Of a DNA stretch of 64,000 nt, positions 18,983-26,505 are shown one piece after another. Position 1 is the stretch's first letter. Each line of letters starts with the position of its first letter. The stretch is from Desulfosudaceae bacterium (GTDB lineage Bacteria > Desulfobacterota > Desulfobacteria > Desulfobacterales > Desulfosudaceae): the NCBI GenBank assembly GCA_963674745.2, contig CAXXDV010000002.1:67628-131627 (forward strand), given 5' to 3'. A program made the translations under genes and the position numbers. A model generated the notes under the pieces. That model saw nothing but the letters and a program-made list of their open reading frames with translations, did no database searches and had not been told where the DNA came from.

Positions 18983-21049
18983 TCAGTTACTGGTCCAGAA
19001 GACTTCTCTGGGAATATTAATGCCTCTTTCCTGGAAACGTTCAATGCAGTGCGGAACATAACCGGTTGAAGAGAATTCTCCGGTCACTTTTCCGTTTTCT
19101 TCACCGGTCTGGCGATAAACAAAAATGTCGCCCAGGGTAATGACGTCACCCTGGATGCCGTCGATCTCCGCGATCTGGACGACCTTTCGCGTACCGTCCT
19201 TGAACCGGCGGATCTGAACAATCAGGTCAATGGCACCCACGATCTGTTCTTTGATGGCCTTGACGGGAAGTTCGAACCCGGCATAGAGCACCAGCGTCTC
19301 CAGCCGGGAAATGGCTTCGCGGCAGGAGTTTGAATGTATCGTGGTCAGGGACCCGTCGTGGCCGGTGTTCATGGCCTGGAGCATATCCAGGGCTTCGGCC
19401 CCGCGGCATTCACCGACAACGATCCTGTCCGGTCTCATGCGCAGGCTGTTCCTGACCAGATCCCGGATGACGACCTCACCTTTCCCTTCGATATTCGGCG
19501 GGCGGCTTTCCAGGGTGACCACATGGGGCTGCCGCAGTCTTAATTCGGCGGCGTCCTCGATGGTAACGATCCGGTCGCTTTCAGGGATAAAACTGGACAT
19601 GATATTCAGCAGCGTTGTTTTACCCGAGCCGGTGCCGCCCGAGATGAGAATATTGAGGTTGGTCCGGACCGCGGCTTTTAAAAATTCCACAACCTGCGAG
19701 TTGATCGTTCCCAGGGCCAGAAGTTCCGGTATGCCGATCTGTTCTTCGGGAAATTTCCGGATGGTCAGGCAGGCCCCTCTGACCGCCAGTGGCGGGATAA
19801 TTGCGTTTACCCTTGACCCGTCCTTCAGCCGGGCATCCACCATGGGCGTGCTGGTATCGATTTTTCGACCCAGCGGGGCCGTAATGCGGGCGATGATGTT
19901 GATCAGGTGCTGTTCGGAGAAGAACTTTTTGTCGATCCGGACCAGGCGCCCCTTTTTTTCCACATAAATATCATTCCAGGCGTTGACCATGATTTCAGAA
20001 ACATCCGGGTCAGCCAGAAGATCTTCAATCACGCCCAGCCCCAGGGCTTCCTGTAAAACGTCCTTGACCAGGTGTTTGCGTATTTCCCTGTCCCGGATAC
20101 GGGATTCGCTGTCCAGAATCTCGGAAATCTTTTGTGAGACAAAGGCCTTGAGCTCTTCGGCTTTTTCCTGGTCCTGATCAATCTCGGTATCCAGTTTTTT
20201 AAAATCAATGGATTCAAGCAGCTTTTCGTGAACGGCGCGCTTGAGCTCATCCAGGTTGACTTCCGGTTTTTCATCCTGGATCGGGCCGCCTGTTTTTTTC
20301 GGTGACTGGCTCCGGGTATCGCGGACCAGCATGTAGGTAAGATTGTCAAAGGCCTTGGTAACCGGATGCTTGGGGAGTTTTTCCGGGTATGTCCCCTGGG
20401 CCAGGTTGGCGGCGGCTTCAGGGTCCTGCGGAATGAGAACTTCCGGTGCTTTGCCGGTCAGGCCGGTCAGAAAGTCGATGGCCGGCGAACTGGTTTTATC
20501 GACCCGGTTGACGATGACTCTGATCAGTTCCCGGGGAAAGTTTTTTCGCTGTAAAAGCTTGAGGTCGTTCTGCGTTTGCCTGAGCGATAACGTTTCCGGG
20601 GTGGCGGGAATCAAAATCATGCTGGACCGGTCGAGAATGGTTTCGATAACAGTGTCCAGCCGGCCGCCCACGTCGACAATGATGTAGTTATAGATTGACT
20701 GCAGGCAGGCCATTATGTTTGAAATCCGGTCGGCGTTAAACATATCTTCCGGCAGCGGCCTGATACCGTCAGTCAGGTTGAGAACGGAAATACCGGAACC
20801 ATGAACGGTGGCGAAGCCCTTGAGCATGTTGGCCGAGAGTTTGTCGCCCATGGACAGCAGGTTTTCAATGCGCTTGATCTCTTTTAAGTTCAAAAGGAAA
20901 CCGATATCACTGGAAACCGGCCGGGAAAAGTCGATCAGCAGGACTTTTTCCTTGGTGTCCAGGAGCAGGTCTACCGCCAGGTTGGCGGCGATAAAGCTTT
21001 TCCCGACGCCCCCTTTGGAGCTGTATATGGAGATAATATGTCCGTTCAT
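18983..21049 (-). CDS. Fused CpaE/TadZ (MinD-like) and CpaF/TadA ATPase
   Basis: N-terminal SSKGGVGKS deviant Walker A. C-terminal half has VDARLKDGSRVN, GGTGSGKTT, LRMRPDRIVVGECRG, AMNTGHDG. Confidence 0.92.
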   Translation of the reverse strand: MNGHIISIYSSKGGVGKSFIAANLAVDLLLDTKEKVLLIDFSRPVSSDIGFLLNLKEIKRIENLLSMGDKLSANMLKGFATVHGSGISVLNLTDGIRPLPEDMFNADRISNIMACLQSIYNYIIVDVGGRLDTVIETILDRSSMILIPATPETLSLRQTQNDLKLLQRKNFPRELIRVIVNRVDKTSSPAIDFLTGLTGKAPEVLIPQDPEAAANLAQGTYPEKLPKHPVTKAFDNLTYMLVRDTRSQSPKKTGGPIQDEKPEVNLDELKRAVHEKLLESIDFKKLDTEIDQDQEKAEELKAFVSQKISEILDSESRIRDREIRKHLVKDVLQEALGLGVIEDLLADPDVSEIMVNAWNDIYVEKKGRLVRIDKKFFSEQHLINIIARITAPLGRKIDTSTPMVDARLKDGSRVNAIIPPLAVRGACLTIRKFPEEQIGIPELLALGTINSQVVEFLKAAVRTNLNILISGGTGSGKTTLLNIMSSFIPESDRIVTIEDAAELRLRQPHVVTLESRPPNIEGKGEVVIRDLVRNSLRMRPDRIVVGECRGAEALDMLQAMNTGHDGSLTTIHSNSCREAISRLETLVLYAGFELPVKAIKEQIVGAIDLIVQIRRFKDGTRKVVQIAEIDGIQGDVITLGDIFVYRQTGEENGKVTGEFSSTGYVPHCIERFQERGINIPREVFWTSN

Positions 21050-21054
21050 ATTAA

Positions 21055-22515
21055 TTATCTGGCCTGATCGCGCAGTTTTTCCAGTTCCTGTTCCTTAAAA
21101 CCCTGTTCAACTGATTTTTTCATTTCCGTTGAGCCGACCGCTTCGGTGGAAAGAATCCGGGGAGTGACAAAAATGACGACTTCCCGGCTGTCGGTACCTT
21201 TTCTGGTGGCTTTATTGGCCTGGAACAGGGCCGAACCACCGCCCGGTGCGGACCCGGAGAGCGCTTCCACGTCCCTTTGGCCCATCATACCACCCAGGGC
21301 GATACTTTGACCGCTGGCGACACTCAGCACCGTATTCAGGTTGGTGGTGCTGATGGTCGGCGCGCCGCCCGGCCCCTGACCGGTAATACTGCTTGATTCG
21401 ACGCTGATGCTACTGACGATATTTTTGTAAGCGTCAATGATTGGTTTGAAATCCAGTGTCACGCCGATTTTTTTATATTCCACGGACATGGTTCCGCCGT
21501 CCTGGGCAATCGGGATGGGGACTTCCGAACCGGCGAAAAGATGGGCTGAATCACCGCTTTTCGTCAGCAGGGTCTGTTGCATCAAAGAACGGCCACGGCC
21601 GGTTTCATTGATTTTTCTCATTTTGGGCAACAGATTGGACAGGGTGCCGGTCAGTGAACCCGCCAGGGTCGGGCCTTGTCCTTTGGCTCCGGAATAGGCG
21701 CCGGTACCGCCGACAGAGCCGCCCGGGTTCCAGTGCACGCCGAAATCCCGCAGGGCATTTCGTTCTATTTCCATAATGTTGACCGACATTTCAATCAGCA
21801 CCGGTTTCTCCGGTTGGGGAAAATCCTTTCCGGAAACGGGTGTACGGATGGCAATGGCATTGACGATGTCCGGAGAGTAGGCCTGGGCGATCTGCTGCGC
21901 CCGCTTGGACTCTTCTTCGCTTCTCACATGACCGGTCAGCATGAATTTGTTCTGGGTCACCGCGACATTGACGTTTTTCATGCCCTGTGACGCCAGGGCT
22001 TTGTCAATTTCTTTTTTGACAATTTCCTTCATGACCGGGCTGAGCTCGACCAGGTTGACCACATCGGGCTGGCCTTCAATGACGGTTTGGATTTTTTTCA
22101 TATCGTTGTGGGAGAACACTTCCCCCTCAACAAAGACCCGGTTGCCGGTTACCCGGACACGGACACCCTCGATATGTTTAATGACCTCCCGGATTTCACC
22201 GGCCATGGTCTCCAGCTTCCGGTTTCGGACAATAACCTGGAATTCAGCCTGTTGGTCCGTTCCCCAGACAAAGATGTTGGTCTGACCGGCGCCTTTGGCG
22301 TTGAGCAGCATTTCCTGGTCCCTGACTTTGACGCACCCCAGGATTTCCGGATCGCCGACGGCGATTTTTTCAATATCGAAATCAGATTTCAATATCCGGC
22401 TTTGTCCTGCGTCCATTTCTATTGTTTCTGTTGTTTGCGCCAAAAGCAGGGGCTGATTGGTCAGCAGGCATAAGCAAAATAACAGGCAGCCGATTTTAAT
22501 TACAGGCCGTATCAT
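21055..22515 (-). CDS. cpaC: Tad secretin RcpA/CpaC with BON domains
   Basis: Signal peptide; IAVGDPEI...GQTNIFVW N-domain; two BON-like repeats; FAGSEVPIP, VEYKKIGVTLDFKP, VVIFVTPRI. Confidence 0.9.
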   Translation of the reverse strand: MIRPVIKIGCLLFCLCLLTNQPLLLAQTTETIEMDAGQSRILKSDFDIEKIAVGDPEILGCVKVRDQEMLLNAKGAGQTNIFVWGTDQQAEFQVIVRNRKLETMAGEIREVIKHIEGVRVRVTGNRVFVEGEVFSHNDMKKIQTVIEGQPDVVNLVELSPVMKEIVKKEIDKALASQGMKNVNVAVTQNKFMLTGHVRSEEESKRAQQIAQAYSPDIVNAIAIRTPVSGKDFPQPEKPVLIEMSVNIMEIERNALRDFGVHWNPGGSVGGTGAYSGAKGQGPTLAGSLTGTLSNLLPKMRKINETGRGRSLMQQTLLTKSGDSAHLFAGSEVPIPIAQDGGTMSVEYKKIGVTLDFKPIIDAYKNIVSSISVESSSITGQGPGGAPTISTTNLNTVLSVASGQSIALGGMMGQRDVEALSGSAPGGGSALFQANKATRKGTDSREVVIFVTPRILSTEAVGSTEMKKSVEQGFKEQELEKLRDQAR

Positions 22516-22545
22516 GGGTACTCCTCCTGTTTAGGTTGTGCATGA

Positions 22546-23406
22546 TTAATATCGTGAAATGGCTTCCGCCCCTCTGATTTCAACCCAGGCCGGGTTGGAC
22601 CTGGGAATGATACTTTTCTTTATGCCCAGAAATTCCTGCGCCGAAAGCGGGGGCAGGTTGACGATATTTCCGTCATCAAAACTGGACCTGAGGCAGGCCG
22701 AGATGGTGCCGATTTCCTGTGACAGATTCAATATCTGTACCTGACGCGGTTCAAGCGCCAGGGTCAATGTTTTTATCCGGTCTTTCTTGCTGCCGCCCTG
22801 GCGGGCGCCGGAAAGAAGGCTGCCTGCCGCCTGCTGATCGACATTGGCCACGTCGCCGGAGCGACGTGAGCTTGAGGTCTGGTTGACGGCCAGAACCAGG
22901 ATGTTTTCCAGAACGGTTCGGGTGATGATTTCCTCGCTGACACCCATCCCGTCCTTAAAGGAACCGGCTTCCACCGTTACCATCAGGTCAACCATATCGC
23001 CTGGCTGAACCAGCTCCCCGACGGCGGTAACATCGGTTACAAAAATACTGAAGGCCCGTTTCCCGGCCGGTATTTTGGCGGCGATACCGCCCATATCAGC
23101 CACGGCAAACATGGACTCTATGATCTGCGTTCCTTTGAGTACCGGTACATTAATATTCCGGTTGACGATGTGCTGACTGTCGGCAAAGGAGCCGGGCTGG
23201 GCATATTTCACGGGGACCTGAATCTGTTCGATCATATTCGGCTCAATGCGTTGCCCTTCGGGAATGTCCCTGGCCGCGACCAGCACCGTAACCGGCGAGG
23301 CCATCTCCAGCAGCTTTTTCTCTTTGGAACTGATATAAGAAAAAAGCAGGATTATCGCGAATAAGGATATGGCCAGTGAAATCAATAAAGCTCTCGTGTT
23401 CGTCAT
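22546..23406 (-). CDS. cpaB: Flp pilus assembly protein CpaB/RcpC
   Basis: TM, SAF domain (VLVAARDIP), GKRAFSI, VQPGDMVD, VLENILVLAV. Confidence 0.92.
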   Translation of the reverse strand: MTNTRALLISLAISLFAIILLFSYISSKEKKLLEMASPVTVLVAARDIPEGQRIEPNMIEQIQVPVKYAQPGSFADSQHIVNRNINVPVLKGTQIIESMFAVADMGGIAAKIPAGKRAFSIFVTDVTAVGELVQPGDMVDLMVTVEAGSFKDGMGVSEEIITRTVLENILVLAVNQTSSSRRSGDVANVDQQAAGSLLSGARQGGSKKDRIKTLTLALEPRQVQILNLSQEIGTISACLRSSFDDGNIVNLPPLSAQEFLGIKKSIIPRSNPAWVEIRGAEAISRY

Positions 23407-23421
23407 GTCATCACCCTGATT

Positions 23422-23817
23422 CTATAGTTCAATTTTTCTGTATGGTTCTTTTTTTACGTAAAGGCTCTTTCCTTTGCCCGTATAGGCGCCTTCATAAAAT
23501 TCGATCCGATGTTGCGCTTCGAGGAACGGCGTCTGGAATATCCGTTTCATTATACCCGGAAGTTCCACCTGGACGTTTTTGTCCTTGATGTTTTTTTTGA
23601 ATGGGCCGTGTGCGTTTTGATACATGGACACCCGCATTTTGTGACGCACCATTTCAGCGGCGGATACATTTTCAGACAAATACATGGAAATGAATATCAT
23701 TCCCAGCAGTACCATGCTCAGCAGAAACATCGCCATCAACGACAGCTCGACAATGGCCTGTCCGCTCTGGTTTCTCAACGGCGATTGTTTTGTCATTAAA
23801 CGCATATGGTTTTTCAT
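23422..23817 (-). CDS. TadE-like pseudopilin
   Basis: Prepilin motif SG|QAIVE followed by a hydrophobic helix. Start placed at MKNH (23817). Confidence 0.75.
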   Translation of the reverse strand: MKNHMRLMTKQSPLRNQSGQAIVELSLMAMFLLSMVLLGMIFISMYLSENVSAAEMVRHKMRVSMYQNAHGPFKKNIKDKNVQVELPGIMKRIFQTPFLEAQHRIEFYEGAYTGKGKSLYVKKEPYRKIEL

Positions 23818-23824
23818 TTTAAGT

Positions 23825-24694
23825 TTATTTGAATAAAACGGCCGTGTAATCGGGGTTCCCTTTATACACATGTCCGCCGGCCGGTTTGGCTGCCGCCTTG
23901 GCACTTAAGGCCGGAAAACCGCCGAAAATTTGACCGGCCAGCAGATAATCACCGGCCGGCAAAAAAAGCTCATAGTCCACATATGTAGGCGCTGTTTTGG
24001 CGACCCGTTCCGGCAGGACGAAAACACCTGGTACCGACGACATCCTGTAGGCAGGCAGGGCGTACTGGCCGTTTCGGTCGTCTGCGTACCTGGGGGTACC
24101 CGGTCTCTTCCAGCGCAATGTCGGTACCGGCGGGCTTTCTTCCGGGTCACTGGGCATGGTGTAGTAGTTAAAACGAACGGTTTTCACGATCTCATTTAAA
24201 TTTGTCAACGGTCCGGTTTTTTTTACCACCAGGCGGCTTTCGGGAAAGTTCTGATCTTTAACATACCGCGCCACAACATCCGCCTGGCTGGCGTAATAGG
24301 TGTTGCCCTGATCCTGGTAACGCCGGATATAATCAATGACGCCGCTGCCGCCGTTATAAAAGAAGTCGCAGGCCTTCATGGCCTGACTGCGGTCGCGCCA
24401 GGTGCCGCTCTCCAGAATACGTGACAACGTATTGTACTCCCTGACCATTTCACTGTTTAAGTCGGCAATTTCATTCAACCCGGCGGCCTGGACAGCGGCT
24501 GCTGAAAGGGCACAGGCGTCGACGGTGTTCTGCAGTTTGATTTTAGTGAAAATCAGCTGGTTGATATCGACGATCAGCGCCACCATCAAAAGCATGACCG
24601 GCAGCAAAAGGGCGATCATCACCGTCATTGATCCTTGTTGAGATGGGGCGCAGAATTCTTTTATTGTTGTGAAATCGGAAAGGGCCATGGCCAT
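23825..24694 (-). CDS. TadG-like pseudopilin (Tad N-terminal domain)
   Basis: QG|SMTVMIALLLPV...KLQNTVDACALSAA. Confidence 0.85.
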   Translation of the reverse strand: MAMALSDFTTIKEFCAPSQQGSMTVMIALLLPVMLLMVALIVDINQLIFTKIKLQNTVDACALSAAAVQAAGLNEIADLNSEMVREYNTLSRILESGTWRDRSQAMKACDFFYNGGSGVIDYIRRYQDQGNTYYASQADVVARYVKDQNFPESRLVVKKTGPLTNLNEIVKTVRFNYYTMPSDPEESPPVPTLRWKRPGTPRYADDRNGQYALPAYRMSSVPGVFVLPERVAKTAPTYVDYELFLPAGDYLLAGQIFGGFPALSAKAAAKPAGGHVYKGNPDYTAVLFK

Positions 24695-24742
24695 GTTTAC
24701 ATGTTTACTGTTTAGATCAATACCATAAAATGCAAAAACCCG

Positions 24743-25138
24743 TCAGAAAGGATCCGGGTTGTCATCCCTGTACGTTGGTTCTTTAAATATAGGTGAGGCG
24801 TGTTTGATTTTGAACCTGTCCTCTCCGCCTGTTAAAAAGTCGGCAACAATGTCCGGCATCGGGACGTCTCTAACCAACTCAAGCGTTCCATTCAGGGTAA
24901 TACCCGCTTGGGGCGCTATGCTCGAGGCTGTCTCAATGGCCGGACCGGCGCCCTCGACGGCATACGTCCTGGCACCCGCGAACCCCGCGAAGGCGAGGCG
25001 CTGTTCGGCGATAAAGAAAACCACGAACTGCATGAAAATACCGAAAAAAACCAGAAGGCCGATCAGGGCAAAAGCAAACTCTACCGTTGCCGCGCCTTTG
25101 TTCTGCTTTAATATCGGTTGCCTGGAGTGATCTGAAAT
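24743..25138 (-). CDS. TadE-like pseudopilin, probably with a non-canonical (ATT) start
   Basis: The frame of ORF 24743..25033 stays open upstream and encodes QNKG|AATVEFAFALIGLLVFFGIF. No ATG/GTG/TTG lies upstream of the motif. AGGGGGA precedes ATT ATT (25141/25138). Confidence 0.75.
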   Translation of the reverse strand: MSDHSRQPILKQNKGAATVEFAFALIGLLVFFGIFMQFVVFFIAEQRLAFAGFAGARTYAVEGAGPAIETASSIAPQAGITLNGTLELVRDVPMPDIVADFLTGGEDRFKIKHASPIFKEPTYRDDNPDPF

Positions 25139-25163
25139 AATTCCCCCTAAACGGCTGCAGTGT

Positions 25164-25197
25164 AAAAAAGCCCGGCCCAGCGGGCCAGGCTTTTTTT
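25164..25197 (-). terminator. Intrinsic terminator after the flp pilin genes
   Basis: aaaaaagcccggcccagcgggccaggcttttttt: GC stem with T tracts on both strands. Confidence 0.8.
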
Positions 25198-25237
25198 CTA
25201 TCCTGCAAAAGGAAATAATATGCCCTGGTTCCAGGCC

Positions 25238-25471
25238 TTAAATGCCGAAGATCTCACGCACTTTTGCAATGATCGCCTTGAAAAACGCTTCCAGGGGTTC
25301 TCTCATAACAGCCGCCGCTGCGACGACCATGGTGACAATAACGGCAATAACCAGGGCATATTCGACCGCACCGGCGCCCCTCTGGTTTTTAATGGTCTGT
25401 TTGAGCTCATGTGTGAAATTTTCCTGCCGGAGGTATAATTTCATTATCCAGGTGTTGATTCTTTCAAGCAT
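25238..25471 (-). CDS. flp: Flp family type IVc pilin
   Basis: RG|AGAVEY Flp motif and hydrophobic helix; aggag RBS before ATG 25471. Confidence 0.9.
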   Translation of the reverse strand: MLERINTWIMKLYLRQENFTHELKQTIKNQRGAGAVEYALVIAVIVTMVVAAAAVMREPLEAFFKAIIAKVREIFGI

Positions 25472-25486
25472 GATCATCTCCTTGTT

Positions 25487-25717
25487 TTAAGTGTTTGGAA
25501 AAGAAACAACATATTGTTTAAATTTGGCAATTATATCAATAGACATATCTTTGAACAGGGCAAAAACGCCAAGCATAAGGAATGCCGCAATCATCATACT
25601 CAGGGCATATTCCACTGCTATGGCACCACGCTCTTTAGGGCGCACCAGATACTGATGAATCCGGATGACGTGTTTTTTTAAACGGTTCATTTTGTTTAAC
25701 GTGTTATCAGCAAACAA
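25487..25717 (-). CDS. flp: Second Flp family pilin
   Basis: RG|AIAVEY motif and hydrophobic helix. Start may instead be ATG 25690. Confidence 0.85.
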   Translation of the reverse strand: MFADNTLNKMNRLKKHVIRIHQYLVRPKERGAIAVEYALSMMIAAFLMLGVFALFKDMSIDIIAKFKQYVVSFPNT

Positions 25718-25803
25718 ATTGGCAAGAACGGATTACCGTTGCGAAACGTTCAGTAATTTATTCTTGTCCAATACCTTTTGGGCAAAATGAAAATTCTTAC
25801 CAT

Positions 25804-25832
25804 ATATTGTATTATTTTTTACGCAAAGTCAA
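25804..25832 (-). promoter_or_regulatory. Candidate sigma70 promoter for the flp-tad operon
   Basis: Minus strand TTGACT-N17-CAATAT (or N15-TACAAT) in an AT-rich intergenic region. Confidence 0.4.
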
Positions 25833-25881
25833 TAAATAACGATTTCCAGCCCCGGCGATTGAACACCTCCAGTCGGCGGTT

Positions 25882-26409
25882 TTAATAGTTGCCCACCTGA
25901 AGCTTATACCCGTTTCGAAAAAGATAGGTGTAGTCAGCAGCATATTGGGAACCTTCCAGTTCCAGGGCGTTTTTCAAAAACCACAACTCCAGATCATCGT
26001 TCCAGGCCGACCGGTCCTTGTCTTCAGGCGGTATACCTTTGATACGATCAATCTCGTTGCCGTTTTTATAAAGAATGACAGTGGGTAGCATCTCCAGACC
26101 GAATCGGGCGGGGTCATCGTCAATCCGCCAGTGAAACATGGCGAATTTCGCTTTCCCGCTGTATTTTTTAGCCAGCCATTCCAGCCGCCATTTCATGTCA
26201 AGGGATTGCCAGAACTGGGTGTTATAAAACAAAACAATAGCCGAACCGCCATAACTCAGGATCTCATCGGCATATGTCTGGTGGTTGACAATCGTCAACG
26301 GTGAGGTCGGTTCCGGTGAATATGGCCGGATGCTTTGTTGCCCCGCGCAGGCCACCAGTAAAAGCATGGGAACGACGGCAAAAAACAGGGTGAAAACGGT
26401 TTTTTTCAT
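25882..26409 (-). CDS. Thioredoxin-fold lipoprotein lacking CxxC
   Basis: Lipobox LVAC; IVLFYNTQFWQS at the WCxxC position; FGLEMLPTVILYKNGNEIDRIKG thioredoxin C-half. Confidence 0.75.
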   Translation of the reverse strand: MKKTVFTLFFAVVPMLLLVACAGQQSIRPYSPEPTSPLTIVNHQTYADEILSYGGSAIVLFYNTQFWQSLDMKWRLEWLAKKYSGKAKFAMFHWRIDDDPARFGLEMLPTVILYKNGNEIDRIKGIPPEDKDRSAWNDDLELWFLKNALELEGSQYAADYTYLFRNGYKLQVGNY

Positions 26410-26505
26410 GTCATGATCCTTTTCCGCTATTTGTCTCTTCCAAGCGATTTTAACATTATCCTATCAATGTGTTAAACCACCAGAGCGAAAGCGCTGACAG
26501 GCGCT

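Noticed and set aside
24933..25208. ORF as a frameshifted 5' half of tadE
   Set aside because: The prepilin motif is already in the frame of 24743..25033; this ORF crosses the terminator and is not protein-like.
25141..25240. Flp-TadE fusion by stop-codon readthrough
   Set aside because: The frames match, but the stop is TAA and a strong terminator lies between; probably coincidence.
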